Shown here in pieces: positions 51,521 to 64,000 of a stretch of DNA of 64,000 bases (its first letter is position 1; the number at the start of each line of letters is the position of its first letter). The notes under the pieces are model-generated. The model was not told where the DNA came from. It was given only the letters and a program-made list of their open reading frames with translations, and ran no database searches. Where the stretch lies: assembly GCA_964016885.1 (NCBI GenBank), contig OZ024741.1, positions 235,228,001-235,292,000 of the forward strand, in the 5' to 3' direction. Source of the DNA: Eledone cirrhosa. Lineage: Eukaryota. Both the position numbers and the translations under genes were made by a program.

Positions 51521-51809
51521 GGTGGTAGTGGTGATGGTGATGATGATGATGAAGATGATGATGAGAGCACGTATTATTATAGCGATTATTTCTATTTTAT
51601 TCATCCACATTCGGGTTATTTCTATCTCTATGAATTGACAGTATTGGTAGAGGGTCGGACGCCATGCTTTCCAGCATAGTTACGTCTCTTTACGGTCTGA
51701 GTTCAAATCCTGCCGAGGTTAACTTTGCCTTTCATCCTTACGGGGTCGATAAAATAGTACCAGTAATGCACTGGGATAATTGTGCCAAAAGTAGAAACAA
51801 TTATATTTG

Positions 51810-52040
51810 GATAGTTTCTCCGATTCCTTGGTCGTCTGTAGAGATTGATACATCAATTAGAAGACATTTGTTTGTGGTCTTTGACTATAATATCCGATCG
51901 GTTGGCTTTGATCTCCCTGTCTGTGTATTGGCATATTCCAGAGAATGGTTGATTTATCATTCTCTGACACCTTTTATGGTTAGTGTCTGTACCATCTATT
52001 TTCTGTTGGTATCTCATAATGTTAGCATAACTTCCAGTTA
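51810..52040 (-). mobile_element. R4-clade RLE domain fragment
   Basis: Minus ILWNMPIHTDREIKANRSDIIVKD...LIDVS; flanked by SINE copies and short TTA runs. Confidence 0.7.
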
Positions 52041-52377
52041 TTATTATTGCTAGTTCAAATCCCGCCGAGGTTTACTTTGCCTTTCATCCTTACGGGGTCG
52101 ATAAAATAAAGTACCAGTAATGCACTGGGTAATTGCTGGCCTTGTGCCTAAAGTAGAAACAATTATTGCTATTATTATTACAGCTGTGAAGCGCTACTGG
52201 TGACTCGAGAGTCGGGAGTTTCGTGCTTAAGGGCAATTGTCAAAGTGTTAAATTTACCAAGCTCACTTGGGCTTAAATAGAGAGGTTAGAGAGGTATCCG
52301 TCCAGGGGAAGAGAGCTTACATGTGTGTTAAAATGAGAGGTTGAAGTTTCAGTTTAACTTATTTTATTCGTACTCAC

Positions 52378-52466
52378 GCATAACATGTGTTTCGCAAATG
52401 ACCAGCTCGGAACCTTAATCGATTACAATCAGCTTCGACTCTGGGATCGATTTGATTATCAGGTAC
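52378..52466 (-). ncRNA. Degenerate long-stem-II hammerhead motif
   Basis: Minus: GTAC-CTGATAA-tCAAAT...ATTTGc-GAA ACACATGT T-ATGC...aataaa. Confidence 0.45.
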
Positions 52467-52770
52467 AGTGGAAATGAAGATCGGGATATGTTCATTTATC
52501 TATCTATCTATCTATCTATCTATTTATATGTCTGTCTGTCTACCTATCTATAATATATATACGTTTAAATTAGTGGTTTACCACAGGATAGAATTGGTAA
52601 TTCTGCAATGTTAACCATGACGTAATATGATAAAAACACTTGACGTTATTCAACACATCCATCTTCAATGTTGAATCATGTTGGTGATGCGGGAACGGAG
52701 TAAATGTATTATAAAGTGAAATGATAAGAGGACAAATATGTTGAATTTCCTTAATTTTTTACTGCTGTAA

Positions 52771-52828
52771 ACACTATGCACATTTCAGTGGCCAGGTTGC
52801 GTAAGAACCCGGTGACTTCATCAGGTGT
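52771..52828 (-). ncRNA. Type-I hammerhead ribozyme motif, diverged relative of the 8171 family
   Basis: Minus: ACAC-CTGATGA-AGTcaCCGGGTT cttacgc AACCTGGccACT-GAA ATGTGCAT A-GTGT. Confidence 0.8.
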
Positions 52829-53845
52829 AAATTGCGTAATAGATGTATACCAACGGAATAATTGTTTCTACTTTAGGCACAAGGCCAGCAATTACCCAGT
52901 GCATTACTGGTACTTTATTTTATCGACCCCGTAAGGATGAAAGGCAAAGTCAACCTCGGCGGGATTTGAACTCAGATCGTAAAGGGACGTAACTATGCTG
53001 GAAAGCATGACGTCCGACCCTCTACCGATATTGCCAATCCACCACCCTTAACAAAATATTGCATCGACAACGGAATAATGGTAAGCTTTAAGGAAACAAG
53101 CAAAGAAAAGCAAAGAGGAAAAAGTGTGTGCTATGCTTTTGACCCAGAGACGGACGTAGTATTATGTTGCCACACGCTTGCCCGCCGACGAAAGAAAATT
53201 GTCGCAGGAATGCTATCACTTAAAATGAAATTTTACCGGAGACAGATTTGCAAAGTTTAATAAGCGGGGGGCGGGGGTAGGAGCAGGGGTTGGAAAAATC
53301 CGAAAAATAAATAAGCGGGAGGTGAGGTACGATTATTCGGGACCAAAGAGTACATGCATGCATACATGCATACAGATTTATGCCTGTGATTATTTGATTA
53401 TTGGATCACTGGGGTATGTTAGTAACTGCCTCAATACAAATCTTCAGAAGCTAGGCTTCACGGGAACAGAAAGAACACAACTAGTTAAAAAATGACAAGT
53501 TCAATTCATTAATGGAACAGTAAAAATATGTAAAACATTCTAAAAATGTTGCATCTAATAACTGCATATACAGATACAAAGCATATACACATGCACGCAT
53601 ACAACTCAAAACATCCACATCCACACATACAATAACATCCATATCTACACATGCATACATATCTACCAAGTTGATGTTGTGTAAATTCCAATGACACAGT
53701 CTTGTTAGAAACCAACTCTCTCTCTCTATTGGTAAAAATTTGTGAAATTATAAAACCAGAAGAACATACATACATACATACATACATACATACATACATA
53801 CATACATACATACATACATACATACATACATACATACATACATAC

Positions 53846-56055
53846 ACAAAGGCACACAAGAACTGCCCAAATGGTTATCAACTGCCATTACTCTCCTCAT
53901 TCCCCAAAATAGCCAAACCACCCTTGCTAAAAATTACCGCCCAATAGCCTGCCAAAACATCATGTATAAATTATATACTGGGTGCCTTAACCTGTTCTTA
54001 CAGGGTCATTGTGCTACCAACAACATTTAACACCTGAGCAAGCTGGTGGAAAGAGGGAGATGTGGGGTTGCATAGATCACCTACTAACAAATAAAATGAT
54101 TCAAGAAAAAACAACAAAGAATCGCAGAAACATGACTGTCGTGTGGCTGGACTATCAAAAAGCATTTGATAGTGTACCTCATGGGTGGATTGTTAAGGCT
54201 TTACAGTTAGCCAAAGTCCCACAACCACTGGTAGCTGCTGTTGAACGTCTGACCAAGAACTGGTACACCAATTTGATCCTTAGCGGTGAGAATGAGCAAG
54301 TTAAAACTGATAAGATACATTACCAGAAGGGCATCTTTCAGGGTGATAGCTTGTCAGTGCTACACTCTTCGTTCTCTCACTAAATTCACTATCTCACCTA
54401 CTCAGGAAACAAGGTGGACAAAGAAGTGGGTCCAGAAGTATCTCCCATCTTTTCTTTGTTGATGACGTGAAGTTGTATGGGCCAAATATCAATGACATCA
54501 AGAAACAATTGGACCTCATTACACAATTTTCAACAGACATCAAAATGGAATTTGATGAGTCCAAGTGTGCATATTTGGCAGTAAAACGTGGAAGAGCTGT
54601 GCCCTCCTCTAGAAATCTAGAGATGAACGGCCTGACAATACAACCTCTACAGTCAGGTGACAACTACAGATATCTTGGACAGGATGGGAATGTCAGATAT
54701 GATGGACCCATAAATAAGGAGAGAACCAGAACTGAATCCCTCAGAAGAGTAAAGAAAATATGGTCATCAGAACTGTCAGCGTACAACAAGTACATTGTCC
54801 ACAATACCTATGCTGTACCAATTCTAACGCCAACATTTGGCCTGCTGAACTGGTCATTGCAAGAACTAAGTGAGATGGGTGTTAGAACTCGCAAACTTCT
54901 CAGTGTTACTGGGAACTTTAACATCAATGGTGATGTGGATAGGCTATACTTCTCACGCAAGGAAGGTGGCCGGGGTCTAAAATCCATATTAACATCATAT
55001 GATACCCGGATAGTAACACTGAAGCAACATCTTCAACAGAGGAAAAAGGTTGGCAACCATCTTGCCCAGGTTTTTGAGCATGAAGAAAAAATATCATTAG
55101 GATAGCCACTGATCTGGAGGAGAGATATGGAATAAAGCCTGATACAAGTCTCTCACCCAGAGAAATCGGAAGATCCTATTCAATGTTCAAACAAGATGAA
55201 AAATTGACCAATTTGCAGAAAAAGTGGTGCATGGATACTTGAGACGTAAAACACAGACCATAGAGGGGATAAACCACTTAAAAAGCCTGGCATGGAGTTC
55301 CGACAAGTTTATGACATCACACCTTGAGGGATATCTCTATGCAATACAAGAACAAAAACTCCCTACCAAATATCTGCTGCACAAAAGAGGAGGGCCATCA
55401 GCTGACAATAATTGTAGGCTATGTAAAACAAAGATCGATGTAAGTCACATTGTTGCCAGCTGCGAAAGAATGTCATCTCGCTACTACCTCCCTATCAGAC
55501 ATGATGTGATAGCTAGAACCATCTGGAACGCACTTCGGAAAACAAAATTAAAAACAAACGAGGAAGAATATATTGAGACAGATGGCACTAAAGAATACTG
55601 GTGGAACCTGAAAATTAAAACTGCCACCAAATTAAAGCACAACCGGCCTGATATTGTTGTTTGGGACCACACATTGAAAACGTGTTCTGTTGTGGGGATC
55701 AGCTGCCCACTTTATGTAAACGTTGTCAGAAAAATACAGGAGAAGGAGGACATCTACGGACCATTGATGAGGAGTTTACAAATCCAGTATCCAAAATACA
55801 CCTTTAGCTTCATACCCATCATTATTGGAGCTACGGGTTATATACCAACCCTCTTGGACCAATGTATAACTGAACTTGGATTTGCGGACAAAGAGCGCAA
55901 CTCCCTAATTCATAGTCTACAAATGGCTGCGATAGCTGGCACCTTCAAAATTTGCAAAACATTCTTGCGATTCAAAGGATGACAATTTCTTTTCTTTTAC
56001 AACCTTGCCACCAGGAAGGTGGCCGGTCAAAAATATACTCGAAATTAAGAGAAAC
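53846..56055 (+). mobile_element. R4/Dong-clade non-LTR retrotransposon, 5'-truncated (RT, CCHC, RLE)
   Basis: RPIAC, WLDYQKAFDSVPH, GIFQGDSLS, FVDDVKLY, RKEGGRGL, CRLC..HIVASC, RHD, NRPDIVV..EK..Y..L, IPIIIGATG; flanked by (CATA)n and (CAAA)n. Confidence 0.88.
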
Positions 56056-56556
56056 ATGCATACAAACAAACAAACAAACAAACAAACACACACACAAACA
56101 AATCTACTGAGATCCGGTTTTGAACTCCGATCGACTGCATCCATTTTTCCGGCTGCCTACCGAGTTATTTAGCATAAAACCTAGTCGCATTACGTATTGC
56201 AAATGCCAGCCGAATAAATTGCCAAATCTGATGTCGGTAACACTATATAATACTTGCAGACTATTCCGCGAGACAGTCGGGTGGCACTCCTAGCAGGGTG
56301 GGGATAGGAGTAGAAACTTTCACTGTCAACCGTTTTAATGAGGGAAAACACCAAAGTTTTAATGTAACGTAATAATATGTGTATGTGTGTTTCTCTGTGA
56401 GTATGTTTGTATACATATGTGTGTGTGATGAAGAAATACCGGTGTATTTGGTTGTTCCTAATTATAAATACATCCCGATACTTCTTTAAATACAGACTCA
56501 CATACATTATATATATATACAGTACAGAAATACACGCACATAATAATATATATAAT

Positions 56557-56622
<66 letters not shown>

Positions 56623-58057
56623 TAACGATGCCTTATAACCACATTACTGATAAAGGTGTCAACATAGTCGTTGAACGTGCTAGAAATAGCAGCTAAATCA
56701 CTTTCAAATCAACCTGCATAGTTTTAAATTAATGAATAAATAAACATCAGATAGGCTCATTGGTTAATGTTGTCCCATATACTCTATGTCTAAGAATAAA
56801 AGACGGGACAATCGTGACTGGAATATAGTTGATTAAAGACGTACCGGATCAGGACTGACCTGAGGCTAAACATACGACGGTAATATTATATGTTACACAG
56901 ATTTTCAGTGTGATATATTTCTGTGTATATCAATATGTGTGCATGCGTTGATTATATATATATATATATATAATACACACATATATATATATATATATAC
57001 ATACATACATCTGTTATTGAATTTATTGAAACCAAAACAATAAACTGACATGTATAATATATATATATATATATGTTATTTATATATATATGTGTGTGTG
57101 TGTGTTATTTATTTATATATATATATAGAGAGAGAGAGAGACATTTTACCATTTTACTGTAACCTTCCAAAAATGTAAATAAGCAGAATTTATGTTAAGT
57201 AAATGTTGGTGTAGGTTTTTTTGCTACTGTTTTAGGTTATTTGACTGTGGAGGTTATCTCCCCTAGTTTTTTGTTTTTGTTTATATTCTTGCAATGGAGT
57301 GACAAGCCGTGCAGCACAGATGATCGTTGTCACGTCCAAACACTGTGTCTTGTGTCGTCGTCGTCCGTCCCCCCAGCCTCCTCCATATATCGGTGAGGGC
57401 AGACAGACTTTAGCCATCACACGGCATCCACCCATCAACATTTCACTCTTTGTTGTCTTTCTTGCCTTCTTCTTTCTTACACCCTATATTTATTAATTAT
57501 TATTATTGTTGTTATTAATATTATTTATAAGATATTTATTTAAATCATTTACCTTCCTGTCCAGTTGAAGCGGATCCCGAGAGACAGGGATTGATTGTGT
57601 GTCGGGAAAGGAGACAGGAGACATTCGGACAATTTGAAGACGAAGGAATAGAACAAGATAACTGATAGAGGTGATATAAAGAGATAACGAGACGGAGAGA
57701 GAAGAAAACAAAAACAAGATCAAGTTGAAAGAAGCGAACCAACTGCAAACTGGTACCAAATATATACCCTGTAGATATTAATTCTTCTCTCAACGTTCAT
57801 ATGTAAGTAAGAACTTATCTCGTCACCTCATCATCATATACCTTGTCTGTTGCTGTTGGTCTTGTGTGTGTATGTGTATATGTGTAATATATATAGTTTT
57901 GTGACTATTTGTTTTGATTTTTTGTATAAAAACACTATAATGTTCAATACACACCTATGTTAGCAATGTGTAGTCTTTTATAATGAGTTCGATTGACCGC
58001 AATGTTAATTGCACGAAACCTTTAAGTGCGATATAATCTTGTCTACCGACATACGAT

Positions 58058-58093
<36 letters not shown>

Positions 58094-58625
58094 TATATAT
58101 ATATATAGTATTTGTTAAAGATAGTAATTTAATGTATCGATTAGAAACGACGATAGTAAGTTGATTGATTTAAGTTCCATTCTAAATGGCGGTTTATTTG
58201 TTAATCATCTTTATAGGTACTGTTATACGAAACACATTCGTAGATATGTGTACTGTCGATAATTCCTAACCCAATAAATAAATAAATAAACGAAAAGAAA
58301 AAGGCACACCATTACTCAATTCCAATTTTTTGTATGGCACCACAAAAAGGCCAGGATTCTTTCACAGACATCCTATATGCTCGGCTGATTCAGATAAATT
58401 TGGTCCACCAGTATGAAAATGAGCTTGAAATGTCGAGAGAGACATACACTAACATAATATATTACTATTACATTCTGAGTATGTGATCGTGTGTTATTTA
58501 CGTGTACGTAGTCACCGTATTAATCACTATTGTAAAATATATTTAACTATATATATATATATATATAGTTATGTGTGTGTGTGTGTATATATATATATAT
58601 GTGTGTGTGTGTGTATGTATGCATG

Positions 58626-58669
<44 letters not shown>

Positions 58670-58687
58670 TATATATATACACATATA

Positions 58688-58723
<36 letters not shown>

Positions 58724-58789
58724 CATATATACACATATATATATACACATATATATATATATACACATATATATATATATACACATATA

Positions 58790-58823
<34 letters not shown>

Positions 58824-58902
58824 CACATATATATACATATATATATATATACATATATATATTTATATGTGTCAATATTTATAAAACTAACCTATATTAT
58901 AT

Positions 58903-58967
58903 TTTATCTGATGAAAGCGCACCAGAGTTTGCCTTGGTGGCCCTTGAAATATGTATAATGAAATAAA
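58903..58967 (+). ncRNA. Degenerate hammerhead motif
   Basis: TTAT-CTGATGA(58908-58914)-AAGcGCACCAGAG..CTTGGTGGCcCTT-GAAATATGTATAA, then AATAAA; stem I/III register is off by one base. Confidence 0.55.
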
Positions 58968-60149
58968 TATGGTTTTATAAATATAGTTTCCATTTGTTAA
59001 TATATTGTATATTTACTCCAATAATTTGTTGAGTGCTTTATATCAGTTATACAAATATTTAGCTTGTTGTATCCCAACAAATTAAATATAACCTCTACAT
59101 ATATATATATAGGAAAATGTATTGAGTACTCCTTCGTTATATATATATATATATGTGTGTATATATATATTATATATTAATTTTAAAATTTGTCAATAAT
59201 ATACTTTCCATCTCAATAAATAAGATTGTTTTGAATCTAATTTAGAGAAACTTATAAATATAGAAATCTCTTAAATAAGGCGCAGACTAACCAAAGGGAA
59301 GGCCACAGTAAAGTACTTTAAAATAAAGAACCTTCACAAACATCTCACTTTAGGGGTAGATTGTTTGTTAAGTAACCTAAAGCTAGAGGGCTCAACAAAT
59401 GTTCCCCTTATTGCAGTTTGCGAGCAAAAGAACAGAATTGACCATCACAATTAATTAATTAAGATAGCTCAGTTTCTGCTTCAGCTGTTAAATGCTGCGG
59501 GCAAAAGAGGTTTGGTGTGGTGCCAGATGATATGAGGACCCATTCGTTCAATCAAGAAATCAAAGATTCCATCCGAACCAAGAATGAGGCCTACAAAGCT
59601 TGGTTTGGAAATAAGTCCTCCAACTGGCACAAAATCCAGGAGTAGACCCCAATCAAGATGGTTGGATAACATCCATAAGCATATCTGGTCTCGCTTAGAG
59701 ATCCAGCTGGATCAGTTGGAGACGGTTGCTTGTGACAGGACCAGCTGGAAGGATTGTTTGAGGACTCTGCTTTCACGACCCTCTCAGGAATAAGAGGGCA
59801 AAGAAGAAGATAACTTATTCCGCCAGAACTTGCCGATCTCCTGAGAGGGTTTTAATTCCTATTATAAGAAAAAAGATATATTTACCTATTGCCGAATATT
59901 ATGTACGTCCAAACAGATCCAGCATGGTGCACAATACTCTAGCTTTAGGTCGCTTAACAAGGAATCTACCCCTAGGGTGAGATACTCTTCATTACTCAGG
60001 GACAGAGCCAGTGACTGTCTCATATTCTGTCGATGAAGTGAATCATGTTCTCCACAGCTCTCTGAGAGATCCATTGAGAGAGAGCAGGAACTCAAATATA
60101 ATAAAGCTGTCATCATTTTGTCCTGAGAGATTCAAGCCTGAAGGAGGTT

Positions 60150-62515
60150 GAGGGCATCAAGGTATCACACTCAGCTTTTGTTCCAGACCACAGTGGTGTA
60201 CCCTACATAGAAATCAACAGAATCCAGAGATACTCAGATGCCTATGGAAAATCTTGATGCTGATATGAGTGAGGGAGTTTGGATCCCCAAAGAGGACAAC
60301 TCGCATAACTTCTAACAGTTCTGGCCAATCTTACTCTTGAAAAGGAAATGTGTTTTTCAGCCTTGGTTCCCCAAAAACTGAGTTTTTTTCTCATCAGAAA
60401 CAGTTACATTGATACTTACTGAGGTAGGTGGGATTCCTGGAGTTCCTGGTTGCTTGGAACACACTGGTTACACAATTCATTTGAACAGAAGCAATCTAGA
60501 TGTTGTGTGGTTCAATCTGGCAAATATCTAAAGGTTGATACCACACTGCGTGGTTCACCTTGTGCTGTATCAATACCATGTTCTCAGTAAGATCAAGAAT
60601 CTGATCCTAGATTACTTCAATAATTTCAGTTGTTGAGTGTCAGGTCACTTCTGGATGAAAATAATCAAACTGGCACTGACTTAGAAAGAAAATAATAACT
60701 CGTAACACCTCCATTTTTCTTTTTGCTCTTTTTATGAACCCAATAATATCACTCATAGATGACTTGCCCATCAAAGCAACATCAATTGCAGAAAGTAGGA
60801 GGACTCTGTATGTTGTTGAGAAGCTGATCATCTGGACAAGGATGATGTTCAAGTATATAATAATAATATAATAATAATGAAATTATTGTGTAAAGTGCTC
60901 AGGTGCACTACAACTCGTCAAAGGTGCATGTATAGTACATAGAATAATACACAAATGTCAGGGAAGTGAATAGTGTATGAGTCATGATATACATGTGTGT
61001 ATGTGTATGGAGAGGGAACATTAGGTGTAATGTTGACGAATCTCGGGAAGCATGGAGGCCTTAAAGGATGCAGTAGCTAACAACCGATGCAGGTAGTTTG
61101 TTCCATGCTTCAGCAACTCTGAGCGTGAAAAAATGTATAGTATTGAAAAAATGGAAAGTGGTCAACAAATTCCAATGTTACCATTAATGATTCCAAGAAA
61201 GACCAAGGAACCTGGCTTACTAAGATCAATAGATCAGGCATGTCTAGAAAATGCAAGGTCTGGATTTACCAACACATGGTTCTGCCCTAAGTGAAGTTTC
61301 TTGTAAGGAAGATCGGGGCCTTTCTTCACAGGTGGCAGGGTGGTCTGTACTTCAGTAGTGCATCAACATATGAGATTAGCAACATCTTGCAGCTCATATT
61401 CAATGGTCTCCCAGACAAGGTTATGGGGACACAAACAACAAAAGAACTTTAATACAGAGAGTCTCAGGACCAGAACATTGTGATAGCTGATATCAATTTG
61501 AGGAGAGGCGGGAAAGGGAGTGCAGAAAGGGCAGTATGGGCAACAAGGGTAAAAGGAGCTAGTGGACACTATTGTTATTTATGGAACAGGCTTGGGATAC
61601 GTCCCAAGCACCCAGGTTGGGAAAGTCCAAGGCAAGGAGAGACATCAACTTATCCTAGAAGAGATCCAAGCAGGCATAGAGGAAGAGAAGTGAGCAAGAC
61701 TGTAGAGCTCAGACAGTAGAGAGCATGGACAAGGTATGAAAGTCTGCAGGATTATCTGGTCTTACATCATGCAGGCAGACTTCCATCATGTCTGACTCCT
61801 TATCTGGGAAGTCTACAATGTCCTTCCTACCCCAACTAATCTTCACACCTGAGGTAATAGCAAGACACCTATGTTCCCACTCTATTCTGGAAGGAGACTG
61901 TTGGAACATCTATTCAGCAGCTGCTCAAAGGCACTTGGAGAGGGTCCCTATCATTGCCATCATGCCCAGCTACTTAAGGTAGTTGTTGCAAGCATAGCCA
62001 CTGCCCCAGGCACCAGTAAACAGTGCCATGCCACAAGCTGTTGAAATGTCCACAGGACATAATACCAACATTGCTCAAGCTAGAAATGATCATCACATAG
62101 GAATCAATGAAACAACTGATCCAGCTGTAGCTTACATTGCCATGGGAAGAACACATTGAAGAAGCCAACGAGAAGAAACACAAGTACCAGGAACAAGTAG
62201 AAAAGTGTCAGGACTGAGGCTGGAAAATATGCTGTGAGACATTTGAGGTGAGATGTAGGGGCTTTGCCGGATGCTCACTCAGCAAGGTTTTAAAGGGAAT
62301 AGCAAAGAGAAGTTCCATTTGGTTCATGAACAAAGCCACTGGGTAGCTTTGGAGAAAGAGGCCTGACCTATAGTTGGTTGCTGCTGAAGTGCAAGTTGAG
62401 GCCTGAACAACGCTGGCTGGGTAACCTAGTAAAGCGTGTATGATGTTAAGAGACCCAAAACACCCAATGAGCCAAGGTCACATAACGGATGATGCATCTC
62501 AGCTCATCTACAAAG
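60150..62515 (+). mobile_element. Decayed HERO-like (R2-group) non-LTR element, interrupted by a CR1-like 3' end at about 60855-61135 (-)
   Basis: GVWIPKE, GGIPGVPGCLEHTG, LDVVWFNLAN, VLPTPTNLH..LEHLFSSCSKAL, LTLPWEE..EANE..KYQE..CRGFAG; insert reads FFTLRVAEAWNKLP on minus. Confidence 0.75.
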
Positions 62516-62552
62516 ATTATCTTGCACACACACACACACATATATATATATA

Positions 62553-63300
62553 TCATCATCATCATCGATTAACGTCTATCTTCCACGCTAACATGGGTTA
62601 GTCGGGAGTTGTCCTATTTGAGGCAAGATTGGTCGGGTGACTGTTTCTCGCTCGTATAGGACTATCTGGCAGGTTTTCTGCGGCTGGATGCCCTTCCTAA
62701 CACCAATCACATTTACAGTGTGGACTGGAAGCTTTTTACCGTGTTACCTACATGGCCACATTACAGCGTGGACTGTGTTTTTTGTTTTTGTCATGACACC
62801 TACACAACCTCATTAGTTTCGACTGGATGTTGTGGTACCAACATAACTTTACAGAGAGAGGGTGGTGTTAGTGGGAGTGCGAGGATGGAGTAGGGGTAGT
62901 GGGTTGGGGTGTATGTTTGATTAAGAGGTGCCTACTGATTGTAAGTTAACTTTGCACGTAGAGAAGGCAGATCTTCTGTATTACTGCGTGGCGCCAAATA
63001 TCTCGATCCAGTGACATTATCTTAGAGAGGTGTAAGTGTACAAGGTCGGAGTTTATCAAGTCGTCCCAGGTTTTCTGGGTCCCCCTACTCTGTAACTTCC
63101 ATCAATTTTGATTGCCCTGCAATTTTTTATACAGCTGTCATCTTTCATGCACATCACGTGACCATACCAACGTAATCTTCTCTCAAGTAAACAGCATCTG
63201 ATCCCTCTTATTCCTAATTTCTCACTTAGTTCATTTATGTTTAGCTGTTTGTGTATATTACTATTACAATCCAACGGAGCCTGCATGCTTCGTTCCTTTC
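62553..63300 (-). mobile_element. RTE-clade LINE 3' end
   Basis: RRLRWYGHVMCM; closely similar to 10041-10740; further fragment at 63620-63900. Confidence 0.88.
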
Positions 63301-64000
63301 CATATATATACATACATGTATTAACTCTTTTCTGTCTCCAAGAGTACTTTCCCTGATTTTCTCATCTGTTATTATAGTCATATGCATTGGGATGAACACA
63401 TTTCACTTTTCAAATTTCATACACACACACACACAAATATATATATACACACGCACACATATATATATATTCTATATATATAAGTGCATTCATGTGTATA
63501 TATCATATTTATTTCTTTGTAAATAATAACACTGAGGTTTATACCTTTTGCGTCGCCCTTTCTTACCATATTTTTTATTATCATATTTGTAGTTTTCATC
63601 TTGTATTCATTTTGCTGATTCCTCTTAAACCCAGCTTCTCCCTCAACTCATCCAAGCTCTGTCTTTCTCTCACACTGACATTTCATATCCAACGTAGCAT
63701 GGCTGCTACATTTCTCTCCAGCCTATGCTTGTCCTCTGTAGTCACAGCCAATGTTTCACTATCCTTATTCTAGCTATTATGCTCTCAGAGCTCCCTCCTC
63801 CATTGTTAATTATGTAGCCTAAATAGCAAAATCTATCAACCACTTCTATGGGTCTTTCCTGTGACAGGAATAAGTTTACATCACTGGTTATCTTGCCCTC
63901 AGGAAAAAAAATTATATATATATATATATATCATCATCATTACCGTTTTACATCTGTTCTTCCTCACTAGCATGGGTTAGACAGTTTGTCCTGTTGTGGG

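Overview
AT-rich, microsatellite-saturated animal genomic DNA; the SINE/LINE repertoire looks cephalopod (Octopus-like), which is an inference. There is one plausible host coding exon: a minus-strand two-finger C2H2 zinc-finger ORF at about 23.6-24.5 kb. The rest is mostly decayed retroelements: RTE-clade LINEs with a PHD-type finger in ORF2, CR1-like, R4/Dong-like, HERO-like and CRE-like fragments, tRNA-derived SINEs and two non-autonomous Helitron-like elements. The main hidden signal is a dense set of small type-I hammerhead ribozyme (HHR) motifs, about 20 intact, degenerate or partial copies from about 10 different sequence families. They keep CUGANGA/GAAA cores, covarying stems I and II and a palindromic stem III. 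Many are followed by AATAAA, lodged in (TA)n, and arranged as outward-facing fold-back units, including a perfect 350-bp-arm palindrome carrying one intact HHR on each strand. Penelope-like endonuclease remnants in the window are the likely mobilisers. All structures were read by eye and none were computed.
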